From positions 1,488,001 to 1,531,607 of the forward strand of contig MU057701.1 of assembly GCA_013265495.1 (NCBI GenBank): a DNA stretch of 43,607 bases, given 5' to 3'. This stretch comes from Vicugna vicugna (taxonomy: Eukaryota). The stretch's first letter is position 1; every line of letters starts with the position of its first letter. Shown here piece after piece: positions 25,950 through 38,564 of the stretch. Made by a program: the position numbers and the translations under genes. A model generated the notes under the pieces. That model was given only the letters and a program-made list of their open reading frames with translations. It made no database searches and was not told the origin of the DNA.

Positions 25950-26746
25950 CACGACACACATCTTAAATCCACAAAAACAATTTCTTCACGTACCACGTTC
26001 TGCTTTGCAAGGAGAGGCTTGTGACTAAAGCAGCCTCCTAAGCCTAGGAAGCCCCGCTTACTTGCGGGTTCAAGTCTAGACTCCCCAGGCTGGGGTTCCC
26101 GCTGCCCGTCCGCCACACGCTGGTGTCTTTGTGGGGCTGCACACTCATCTTCTCCCTGAGTCCCAGGAGCTCCCTGTTTATCTTTCTTAGCCTTTGTTCA
26201 GGCCGCGCCTCACACTTACAGTGCCTCCTGTCTTCCTTCTTCTTTTCAAATCCTTTTCATCCTTTCATGGCCGGTCCAGACTCCTTGGACCTCGCCAGGT
26301 CGGCGTCTCTAAGTGTCTGAGGCATCATGAACCCGGCCACTGTTTTCGTCCTTATGGTGTTTGAGCTATTTGGTTGGCATCTCCTGTCTTCCCAGTGAGT
26401 TGGTCAGCAGCTCCCACCCCAAGGCCGCGCCCGCCTGGGTCCAGTGGTGCCCGAGCCAGCGCCAGGCTCGTGGCCGGCGCCTTCCCACCCTGGCCAGTTG
26501 TATCATTTGTGAACTCCTTCGCTTATATGTGCTTCTCACAGTAGCCTCTCACACACACCCTTCCTGTTTCATCCCCAGACGTGAGAATGTAAAAAGATGT
26601 CCACATTTAAAAAGACATCTGAATTTTGAAAGACATCGGTGCAGCCTTGTCGTGTCCCGAGGGAGGGGAAGCCGCTGCAGGGCCACTGCTATCCTCACGG
26701 GGGTCCGCCCGGGCCGCCCCGGCCTCACTGCAGTCTGTCTCCACAG

Positions 26747-26912
26747 CCCCGAGGCAGCACCCTTCCTCTGCTGGAAGGCCCCCAGACCGACGGTGTCACC
26801 ATCGGGGACAAGGGGGAGTGTGTGATCACGCCCAGCACGGACCTGAAGTTCGACCCCGGGCTCAAAGGGAAGAGCAAGCTCAACTACCTGAGGAACTACT
26901 GGCTGCTGATAG
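26747..26912 (+). CDS. ERN1: ERN1 exon 10 (166 nt), PRGSTLPLLEGPQTDG...KLNYLRNYWLLI(G)
   Basis: tctccacag|CCCCGAGG...CTGATAG|gtgagg; lies within ORF 26639..26944. Confidence 0.97.
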
Positions 26913-29900
26913 GTGAGGGTTGGGTTCCTCGTGGCCCCTGGTGATGATGTGCTGCCTCCTGGTGGCCAAGAGCCGACATTGCCTGTTATGGTCCTCAGCT
27001 TAGCCTTGTGTGCTCAGTTCACGTCTAGGCTAGTCCTTGAGACCCTGAAATATTTCACCTCCAAGGAAAATAAACAGGGTAGCTGGGTGACCACGTCAGT
27101 CTTCAAAAATTGTGTAACTGCTGTTCTAAAACATTAGTTTGAATTCACATGGGAAGAGTTCATGTGGGAGTTGGTGTGGGCGTGGGTGCGAAGGATTGGG
27201 GAGGGAAAGATTTGAAGGCACAAGAGGGATTGAAGTGGTGAAGAGACTGAACTTGGGTCCAAGAGCCACAGCAGGAGCCCGGGGCCACAGGAGTAGGGGG
27301 CAGAACCTTCTTCCTTCTCTTCTTTTCTGCCACCAACACTACGGGCCCTGGGATTGAATTGGAGGCTCCTGTCAGCCAGAGATACAACACTGAGATGACA
27401 CCAGGCTGGGAGTGTGATAAATGAAGGCCGAGGTGACAGGAGCTGTGTCTCTGGCAAGTGTCCCAAGTAATTAGAGCAGGACAGAGTTTTCTTGAATTGG
27501 ATTTGCCCTTCTGGGGGGCCCCCCAATCTGCTGCTCCATGCCCCAGAGGCTGGGGGGAGGATGCAGCCCCATGGGAGTGCCTGAGCACACAGGGGCTTAC
27601 GGGCTTTCTCCTCCACTTTCTGTCTTGGTGCCAGGGCGGAGAGGTCAGGCCTGGGGGAGCTGGGGCAGGGATGTGGAGTGGCCTGGGAGACTGGGGGCCC
27701 AGGAGGCAGCAAGGCCATGGTGTCTGGATGGGGGTGTATCTGAGCGTCACAGGGAGGAGATGGGATGTGCTGGAGCCCTGGTCCTTCCCTCTGTAGTCAT
27801 CCAGGTCTTGTTGCTCTTTGTTCATCCTCACTACTTGTAGCCATTTTTCTTTTGGTTATGATTTTTACCAAATAATGGGCAAAGGAGATAAGACAATTCT
27901 ACCCTTTTTTGAACAGTAGTTTGGAAAGCATGTGTGAAGGGGCCCACAGTGAAGGAAAAAAAGAGCTGATGAGCAGAGGCCATTAAAATCATAAGGCCAC
28001 TTAGTTTTCTGTACCCGTGAAGGGAGACACTGACTGCCCACCAGTGGTTAAGAAGTGAAAAAATTATTCAAAACTAAGGAAATGTGTATGTGAGGCCATA
28101 AAAGATATGGGAAAAAGTCTCCGTGGCTCAGTTGCAAAATGATATTCTTTTAAAATGGAAGGGTCATCCAAGTAAGAAAACTGAGAAACCCCACAAAGTA
28201 TGAAGAAGTAATCAGGGAAGCACCAGCAGTTCCAAAGGCCCTTTGGAGAAACTCCACAGCTCGTCATTTCTAAGTAAGGCAGTGGGACCACGGGACAATC
28301 TTTGTGAAGACTGAGAGCCACGGGAGAAGGGTGTGCCCATTTATGGCCACATACGTCCTTTGATTTGGTTTTTTGTGGAAGACATTAAGGACATCCCCAT
28401 TAATCTTGAAAGTAGCTTGAGTGGTGAGGTCCGTGGGTTTCCCCAGCACAGTGGCCCTCACCTGGGGTGCTCTCAGCGTTCCCTGGGAGCCTCATCAGGC
28501 AGACACACATAGCCCCAGAGATCCTGATTCAGTAGGTTCCGGGCAGGGCCTGTGCTTCTGGCTCTGGAGCCTGGACGTAATGGATGCTGAGAGGTAAATC
28601 ACGAAGGCCAGGTACGGTTTGTACAGAAATGTTTCAGGAGCTCACGATTATGTTTGTAGCACAATTGGTTCAAAGCACACAGCGTGATACTGCTAACAGC
28701 CCAGCTACGGGAGAGGCCTGGTGCAAAGATTCCAGGAGGGAGAGGGGATTCAGGCCATCACTTCCATTGCAGTGTGTTGGTCGGTGCCCTGCTGAGGGGC
28801 AGGACATGGAGCACTGAGAGCGCGCAGGCAGGCAGGGCCCTGCAGCACAAAGAGGCCTGTGGAAGGGCAACCTCACTTCTCTTAGAGCGAAGGTCTCCTG
28901 TTAATGAGCCTCAGAGTTCCCTGGAGGTACTCCCGTTCAGATCCCTGGGCCCCACCAGCGAGTCTGAGGTCTGAAGCGGGCAACCGCTTCAGGAGGTCCT
29001 GCATTCTGAGTTCCTCGGAAGACAAGGGGAACCAGGGATGGTTCAAAACACTAGGTTTCCCTTAAGGAAGAGTGTCACATTGTAGATAGAGAACTGACCT
29101 ACAGAGAGAGTTAAAGAGGAGTTCTCAAGATGAAGAAATGTACGTAGCTCGGACTAGTTCTCTCATGGAAATACATACCGTACAATCTCTGATAGGTTTG
29201 GGAGAACAGTGGGCAGATCACAGGGTGAGACCTGAATTGGGGAGAGACCTGGTCCCAGGGAGAGAACAGGAAAGACGGTAGTCCTGGTGCTGAGAGCCCA
29301 GCCTGGGAGAGTGGCTGGCTCTCTTGGGTGGTGTGTAGAGTCGGTTAATTTTAGCACTAAAGGCATTGTCAAGCCACATCAAGCCTCAGTTCCTTATTTT
29401 ATTCAACTCTTGCCTTTCCTATGGCAATTTGCACACAATAGATAGATGCTCAGTAAACACAGAATGAATAAATACTAGGCAGTCTTGAAATAGTTGAGCG
29501 GGGAACCGAGAAGGAACGCTGGGAGCCGGCGACCCCCTTCCCTCCAGCAGATGTGTGCTGCCGCTCTCCTGGGACCCCTTCACTGCTTCCCGGGATAGAA
29601 GCTCATGTTTAGGTTGTGGGAATAGAACTCCGCCTAGCGATTTAAATACCAAGATGGGAATTTGGTACCCTTGTGGGGAGTGATGTGTTGGATGAAGCTT
29701 TGTAATGCCTCACAGCACACAGGCTCGATTAGGAATTATCCACACAATCATGCTCTGACCGTGTCCCCGACATCCCAGTCCCTGTCATGACAAGGACACT
29801 TCTTTGTTCCAGAAGGCTGCATTCATGCCATGGAGAATGAAATTTCTGTCTCGATGGGATGTTTCTGGTCATGGCCTCTCATTTTCTCTCACTTCACAAA

Positions 29901-30018
29901 TGTGAGCGCCTGTGTCATGGGCCCCTCACTGGGCACCGACTGTTGCCTAAGCTTAGCGTCCGGGGTGACCGCCGTACGGGGAAACTGTTCTCATTAGAGG
30001 TTTTGTTTCCTCTCGCAG

Positions 30019-30137
30019 GACACCACGAAACCCCGCTGTCAGCATCCACCAAGATGCTGGAGAGATTCCCCAACAACCTGCCCAGACACCGGGAGAACGT
30101 GATTCCTGCCGACTCCGAGAAAAAGAGCTTTGAAGAG
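30019..30137 (+). CDS. ERN1: ERN1 exon 11 (119 nt), (G)HHETPLSASTKMLERFPNNLPRHRENVIPADSEKKSFEE
   Basis: tctcgcag|GACACCAC...GAAGAG|gtgtgt; lies within ORF 29859..30200. Confidence 0.97.
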
Positions 30138-32506
30138 GTGTGTGGGGAAGGGACAGGTAGTTACTGGCTCCTCTTGGCAGGTTTGTCCTCATCCCTCTGA
30201 GGGTTTGCAGGCTGCCCGGGAGGGAGGAGGGTGTACAGTACCAGCAGCAGGCAGTGCTGAGGGTGGACGCGGAGGAAGGCATGCATGAGGGGAGGCTGTG
30301 GGAAAGGCCGTATGATGAGAGAGAAGCAGAGAGCACGGGGGGGGCGAGTGCAGCAGAGGGAAAGGCCCAGAGGTGCCGCTGACCCTGCACGCCCAGCTCT
30401 GGGGCCGAGGAGGCAGGCTGCCAGGAAGGGAGCAGTGGGAAATGGGGTCACATGCCTGCAGAGGAACCATGTTCCAAGCCCCACAGCGAGTGAGGAGCAG
30501 ATAAGGGAGTAGGTGCGGAGACCTAAGGTTTGGTGAAGCCAGATGTGGCCTACTGTGGCTGCTTGGTCTGGCAGGGACCCAGGGGACCTGCAGAATGGGC
30601 GTTGGGTGGCAAGGAGGCCTACCTGGTGGCAGCAGCCAGGAGGCGCTGGCCTCCTAAGCCCTGGGGGATAGAGCCTACCATCAGGGTCTCAGCTGGAGGC
30701 AGACGCCACCCTGACTAGGATGGTTTGAGGGGAGTTTTGTCGGGAGACCGTTCACATGGTGGGCATTCTGGGGTTCTCTCAGGATACTTGGGCTGAAGCT
30801 GGTGAGGAGGGAGTGGAGGGCGCCACAGACCAGGAGCCTGGAGCTGCAGTTGAGACACTCACCATCCCCTCAGGACTCCAACTCTGTCTCATCTGCTGGT
30901 GTCCCCATCAGAGACCAGGGGCAGGGAGACCACTGCTCTGCCGTAGGGGCAGACTTCTGGGGCAGAGGGCAGGTGGAGCAGGTTGGAGGGTGGCTCTGCT
31001 GGGGGCGGGAGCAGGACAGTGCGATAGTGGGGAGGGGATCCCAAGGCTGCTGGGCTTGGTGCTCCGACAGCCCTGCCATGAGGGGCCGGCGAATGAGAAG
31101 AGGCCCGGGCTGTGGGCGGGGTCAGAGGAGGAGGGGAGTAGCTGGCTGATGTGGGCGCCTCCATCATGACAAAGTCATGTTAGAGGTTTAAGATTTTATC
31201 CAGAGAGAAAGGAAAAGAAAGTCACATGGATGGTTAAGATTCCAGGATACACTGAGTTGTCCCTCATCTCCAGAGGTAGCCAGCCAGAGAAATACACTGA
31301 GTCCTAAAACAGTGATCTTGAATCACATCAGTGTCCTAAAATCTTGATGTGATTTTGATCTGATTAAAGTCAAGCATATTTTTGTTATTAAACACTTAGA
31401 AAATGAAAGTATAAAGAGGAAAATTAAACAATACCCTTAATCTAACACCCCAGAGATGGCTGTAGTTGAAATTTTCCTATTTAATCATTTAATCTTGAAA
31501 AGTCCATTAAAAGCCCTTTAAAAGTCCATTCAAATACTCTGAGGTGCAGTTATCTCGTAATGAGACTAACTTTTTAAAACAAACACACTTGCGCAAATAT
31601 AACCAAACGAATGTTGTCTCTGGTCACATGCTCAGCAGACATTCCTCAGCTGCCTGCTGCTGACCGGCCATGACCCACACCCCCGGACACCTCGGACGCC
31701 TCTGGAGGGAGGGCTGGCGGGAGGCGGAGGGCGGGTCTGTAGGTTAGTCTCGGGAGTGAGCGGTCGGAGCGGGTCGGGGTGCCAGGGAGGCTGTGTGTCC
31801 ATTTCATCAGGCAGACAATAATGGCACACCCGGAATAGCAGATGTTCCAGAAGAAACCAGTGCATTTCCTTGAAGTCCCAGAGATTCTGACGAGCTTGGG
31901 CCAAGGCTCCACTTTATCTTATTTAATTTGGGGCTTTAACAAAGGGTTTTGATGCTTTTTAAAACCTTTGAAACATGGTGGAATATTTGAATAAATGACT
32001 TTGTGTTTGAAGTCGCACTGAAAGTTTCCAAGCAACATAAGAAAGCTGCTTTATTACCTTATAGCTTTGTGTGTGTATGTGTGTGTGTGGTTTTCCTTTT
32101 TTTAATGTGGAATGGTATTACCAAATTGACTACCAGCCTTCCACTAGACTTGCCACTTATGATTTCAGAGTTTCCCCAAATATCAAATCTACCATCGAAG
32201 GAGGTTTTCGCCTTTAGTGAGGATTTTCGAAAGAATGTAGGATTAGAAATCACTTTCAGAAGTACTGCTCTAAACCGTTTTTGAGTGATGCTACCATCAC
32301 TGCAATAGTACATGGCCTCCCAAAGCAGTTGCTTTGAAAAAGGCTACAATTATCAGGCTTTGTGGTCTTTGGGTGGGCTTCAAAAAAAAAAAATCAAACA
32401 CGTTGCACAGTATAGCATTTCTCATAAATTGCTTCTCTCGATTGTTTGACTCATTTATATCTGGCTAGAAATTTTGCAGTGATGTAGCCACTCTCTCCCA
32501 CGCAAG

Positions 32507-32698
32507 GTTATCGACCTGGTTGACCAGACTTCAGAAAACGCCCCTACCACGGTTTCCCAGGATGTGGAAGAGAAGTTCGTTCATGCACCTGCCAAGCCCG
32601 AGGCCCCCGTGGACTCCATGCTCAAGGACATGGCCACCATCATCCTGAGCACCTTCCTGCTCATCGGCTGGGTGGCCTTCATCATCACCTACCCCCTG
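32507..32698 (+). CDS. ERN1: ERN1 exon 12 (192 nt), juxtamembrane region and transmembrane helix, VIDLVDQTSEN...MLKDMATIILSTFLLIGWVAFIITYPL
   Basis: cccacgcaag|GTTATCGAC...CCCCTG|gtaaag; hydrophobic helix characteristic of IRE1-alpha. Confidence 0.95.
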
Positions 32699-32936
32699 GT
32701 AAAGCTCTGCCCCTTCCCTTTGCCCATCTTCAAAAACTTTGTAATTAGAGAGACACCAGCTTCTCAGGAAAGGGCAATTTTATCCCTACATCTTATGGTT
32801 TACTCGACTGTAGAAACCAACCTGTAAACTTTACTTGCAGATCATTTTAAATACTTAACTCTATTTTCGTTTTAATGACTAGGCATATGAGGTGAAAATC
32901 TGTTCAATTTTCCTCCCTGAAAACCTGCCTGTTAGA

Positions 32937-33381
32937 CAGTTGTAAATACTGCTGCTGCTCTTAACAGGGTGTATGTATTGTTCTGAATTAACGTTTTTGT
33001 TTTTCTCTGATATGTGCCCAGGAGTGGACTTGCTGGGCCATGTGGTGGTTCTGTTTTTAGGGTTTTTGAGAAACCTCCATTCTGTTTTCCATGGTGGCTG
33101 CACTAATTTGCATTCCCACCAGTAGTGCACAAGGGTTCCCGTTTCTCCACATCCTTGCCAGTGTTTGTTGTTTGTGTTCTTTTTGATGATGGCCATTCTG
33201 ACAGGTGTGACCTGGCGTCTCATTGTGATTCTGATTTGCATTTCTCCAGTACTGGTGATGTTGAGCAGCTTTTTGTGTTCCTGTTGGCCGTCTGCATTTC
33301 CCCTTTTGGAAAAATGTTCAGTTCTTCTGACCATATTTTAAATGGGTTGTTTGTTTGCTTTTTAATTGAAGTACAGTTGAC
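32937..33381 (-). mobile_element. LINE-1 ORF2 C-terminal fragment (antisense)
   Basis: Minus ORF 32879..33334 contains L1 ORF2 motifs ([44 protein letters not shown]). Confidence 0.9.
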
Positions 33382-33400
33382 AAAAAAAAAAAAAAAACTG

Positions 33401-33527
33401 AGGAGAAGGGTATAGGCTAAGTGGTAGAGCACATGCTTAGCATGAATGAAATCCTGGTTTCAATCTTAACTGCAGTACCTCCTCTAAAAATAAATAAATA
33501 AACCTAACCCCCCCTCGCCCAAAAAAA
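33401..33527 (+). mobile_element. tRNA-Ala-derived SINE (Vic-1-like)
   Basis: gggtataggctaagtggtagagcacatgcttagcatgaatgaaatcctggtttcaatc...aaataaataaataaacctaacccccc followed by an A-run. Confidence 0.88.
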
Positions 33528-33844
33528 CGCCCTGCCTGTTAGAGATATCAGATAGAGTGAAAAAGGTAGCGTGGTTATTTCTTTGGCTTTCTAGTTGGAA
33601 AGAAGTGGCTAAAATTACAGAGTTGAGTAGATCGTGGGTCGGATAGAATATTACGAAGGAATAGTCCTTCATCCAGTTGCTCGGAGCATCGAGACGTTAC
33701 CGCGCAGAACACAGGTGCTCCAAAGGCTCCTGTCCCGGTGGAGGATGGGAACGCCAGGCCCTTTATGGCATTTTCCATCTGCTGAAATGTGTCCACTTGC
33801 ATGTTTTATTTTCTGCCTCACACAGTTCTTCATTATTTTCTATC

Positions 33845-33940
33845 CCCTACCCACAAATAAGGAAACAAGACTCCAGGAAGCTGAATAACTTTCCCAAGGT
33901 AATTCAGCTAGTAGAATTTCCAGGATTTCAACCCAAGGTG
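33845..33940 (-). mobile_element. MIR core fragment
   Basis: acaaataaggaaacaagactcc...aactttcccaaggtaattcagctagtag...ggatttcaaccca. Confidence 0.6.
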
Positions 33941-34704
33941 GAAGAGAGTGAAGGAGAGACAGATCTCTAGAAAACTCCCAGGGCGTTGCTGACTACATAC
34001 CCGTCACTTCAGTCACCTTCCCACACATGGGTAGTAATTAATAATCACAGGTTGCTGCCCCTTGAAACTAGGATGGAATGGATTGTTCAGAATAAATGAG
34101 AGAACTGTGGGGAAGGCAGCATGACAAAACGGGGGGAGCGGGACCTCGGCCAGGCTCCCTGTGTTTCAGCTCCGCTCAGCCACATCCCAGCTGTGGGGCT
34201 GTGGGCGGATGGCCAGGAAGTCTTGAGCTCCAGCCGCCCCCTCCGCGTCTCTGCATCGCTGACGGCCTGTGCACTTACCTCCATCACGTGCGCAGTCAGA
34301 GTAGACAGCAAGCTCGGGTCTTCCCTTTGTCCACCGCGCTCTCAGGCGCCTGAGAACCTTTCTTCCAGGCTGGTTTCACTTTTGCAATAATTTCCGGACT
34401 TTCATAAAAGTCCCAGAATTTTAGAATTGATTGGAACCCCCTCCATCTGGTTCAGCTCTCCACCTACAGTAGAATCCCTCCTCTGCTGGCCCTGCCAGGC
34501 CCCTCCAGGCGGGGGAATGGGCTGTACTGGGAGGTCTGACTGAACCCTTTGTGCCCCCTCTGCCTTCTCACCAGTCGCGTTCTGCCCTGTGGGGTCACAT
34601 CAGGTGTCCCTGCTTCTGCTGCCGCAGGGGGCCTCTCCTTTCCCGCCTGCTGGTCCCGCCAGGGGAGTGGCTGCACTAGTCTAGTTGTGTGTTTCCCTTC
34701 CCAG

Positions 34705-34972
34705 AGCATGCATCAGCAGCGGCAGCTCCAGCACCAGCAGCTCCAGAAGGAACTGGAGAAAATCCAGCTCCTGCAGCAGCAGCAGCTGCCCTTCCACCCA
34801 CCTGGAGACGCGGCTCCGGACATCGAGCTCCTGGACTTATCCGGCCAGTACTCTGAGAGCTCGGGCACCAGCAGCCCCAGCACATCCCCCCGAGCCTCCA
34901 ACCACTCGCTCCACTCCAGCGGCTCTACCTCCAAGGCTGGTACCAGCCCCTTCCTGGAGCAGGACGACGAGG
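34705..34972 (+). CDS. ERN1: ERN1 exon 13 (268 nt), Gln-rich and Ser-rich cytosolic linker, SMHQQRQLQHQQLQKELEK...FLEQDDE(D)
   Basis: ttcccag|AGCATGCAT...GACGAGG|gtaaca; lies within ORF 34549..35280. Confidence 0.96.
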
Positions 34973-35630
34973 GTAACATGAGCTGCCATTCTGGTGCTGT
35001 TTCCTCTTTTGTTGCATCACCACCTGAGCGCCATAACCCTCCTGCCCTTCTAGGAATCTCCATGTCCCACGGGTTCCCCAAGTTCCCTCCTACGTCCCTC
35101 CCACTCTGGGGCTGGGCTTCTGCCCCATCCCATGGCCTCTCCCCCTCAGTGGGCCTTCTGGGAGCCACCTTGGCCCTCCCTCCATCTTGCTTCACACGGG
35201 CTGAGAATCTCTGCAGACCAGAGGTGCACTGGCCTTCTGGCTTGAGAGCATCCCCGAGGCCGGCCAGCGGTCAAGTGTAACAGTGCAGCTGCTGATCCAT
35301 TCTCCTCCAGGAGGTTGGCTCAGGCCAGCTGTCAGGGCCGATATTCTGAAGGGACTGACGCAGACCTAGTGCAGGAGACCTCGGGTCCTCAGGCTCAGGC
35401 TGGAGACCCTGCTACTGGTCTCTCCATTTCACACATCCACCGTCGCTGCCTGAACGTTTCAGGTGCAAACCTTTATGTGGACCTGTAGAGAGCCCCTGTC
35501 TTCCGACTTCCATTCTCACAGTAATTAATGTGAAGGCAGGACCAGAGGGCAGGGGCAGGGGGAGGAGGTGGCCCCGGTGTGAATGTACCAGGGCCCTGGG
35601 GCGTGAAGCCTCTGAAGTCCTATCCCTTAA

Positions 35631-35813
<183 letters not shown>

Positions 35814-35933
35814 TGAGTGAATCAGAGAGCTCTGTGCCTTCACCACCTCACAGTTGAGCTCCCAGCGGCCCCAGGGGCACAGCAAGGTCCTAGCGATGAG
35901 CAGACAGGAGAGTTCCTCCGGGAAGAGAAGTGA

Positions 35934-36362
<429 letters not shown>

Positions 36363-36974
36363 TGATGCATTTGACAAGAGTATGTACCTGTTTAACCACA
36401 AACAGTGGAAATGTTGAGAATTTTCATCACCCCAACTTTAACTGTGCAGTCCCCTCAACTGCCTGGGGCGGCCTTCATTTGCAGTTGGCACCTCTCTCCC
36501 TCTTGGCCTCCAGGAAACCCAGTCCATTCTTCTTCCCATCACTGGTCAGGGCTGGTGTGGCCTAAGAGGATGCTGCTTGATAACTCAAGTCATTAAAATC
36601 ATCCATCGAACCCCTTTTACTTGGTTTCCAGGCTGTGAAACTGTTTCAGTATCATTTGGCTTCATCGTAGGTTTCCCTGTATGAGGCAATGAACTTGGGT
36701 TTCTTGACTTCTTATCATCTCACCCATAAACTAGTAAGCAGAGCTTTGTTTGCTTGTTTAAGTTCGCCTATGACTTTAGGAGCAAGTCTGCTGGAAAATG
36801 GGGATTTGGACAAAGAATTTTATCAGTGAAACTTGCTATTTCTTTCTTAAAATGTGATCAAAGAAAATAAGCTGACCCACTACCAAATGTTAATTAAAGC
36901 AGAAACCTTCAGGCAGGATTTTTCTGAATAAAATGGAATCACTTAAAAAGAAGGGAGAGAAAGGGGTGTGCTAG

Positions 36975-37148
<174 letters not shown>

Positions 37149-37228
37149 TAGTGACTTGCTCAGGTGGGCCTTGCCTCTGTCGAAGCTCTTGGCTACATTG
37201 CTGGTGTCCCATTTGTGTAAGAACTTAA

Positions 37229-37786
<558 letters not shown>

Positions 37787-38438
37787 TGAGCAAACTTGCA
37801 GTTTTCATTCTTTCTTTAAATTTGTTTTTCTTTTGACAACATTCTATTTGAAGAATTTTTTTTGACATACAGAAAACTGAGAACAATGAACACCTCTTTA
37901 CCTCTAACTAGATTCAACGTTTGTCAATATTTTTCGCTTTCTTTCTCTCTGATCCTGAACCATTTGAATATGTGGCCTGCCTCCGAACCCTTTACCCTTA
38001 AATATTCAGCATGCATCTCCCCAGAACAAGTACATTCTACTTCCTCACCACCGCACTGTTCTCACACGTCAGCCTTTAATGTTGTTTTCCATGATCGTTT
38101 ATTAGCTGACATTTTTCTGTAAAGAGCTTTATTTCTATCCCCTTTCCTCTCTATTTTTTAAAAATCACTGTGGAGTCATGGATTTTAAAAACAGTAGTAT
38201 AATCCACTATAGCCTTTACTGTTTTCATTCCTATTCCTTTTGGTACTTAAACTGTTCCAGACTTGGCTAACAGGAACCCCTTCAAGCTGGCTTCTGCATC
38301 CTTTTGCTGAGAGCCCAGTGTGTTAGAGCACCTTGCTTTCTAGCTCAACAAGACTTTGGAGAATTATCTGGCAGTTCCCTGATCAGACTGCATGGGATCA
38401 GCCACCCTAAAATAGATTAGATACAGTGGAGTCCTCTT

Positions 38439-38564
38439 TTTTGGTAGTGGGGAGGTAATTAGGTTTATTTATTTATTTATTTATTTAATAGAGCTACTGG
38501 GGATTGAACCCAAGACCTCATGCATGCAAAGCACATGCTCTACCACTGAGCCATACCCTCCCCC
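38439..38564 (-). mobile_element. tRNA-Ala-derived SINE (Vic-1-like), full length
   Basis: Minus strand reads ggggagggtatggctcagtggtagagcatgtgctttgcatgcatgaggtcttgggttcaatccccag...(aaat)n aaacctaattacctcccc; degenerate TSD gagtcctctt/gagccctctt. Confidence 0.9.

Noticed and set aside
27134..27831. Overlapping minus-strand ORFs of 194 and 223 aa
   Set aside because: Low-complexity Pro/Ser/Gly-rich translations of G-rich intron 10, with no recognisable domain or exon structure.
32879..33334. 151-aa ORF with L1 ORF2 motifs
   Set aside because: A decayed, frameshifted L1 fragment, not a functional gene.
34714..34785. CAG-rich tract as a possible unstable repeat
   Set aside because: It is interrupted, with at most four consecutive CAG codons; this is the normal IRE1-alpha Gln-rich linker.
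34549..35280. 243-aa ORF, the longest in the window
   Set aside because: It is ERN1 exon 13 with chance open frame in the GC-rich flanking introns; the flanks resemble no protein and the start is TTG.
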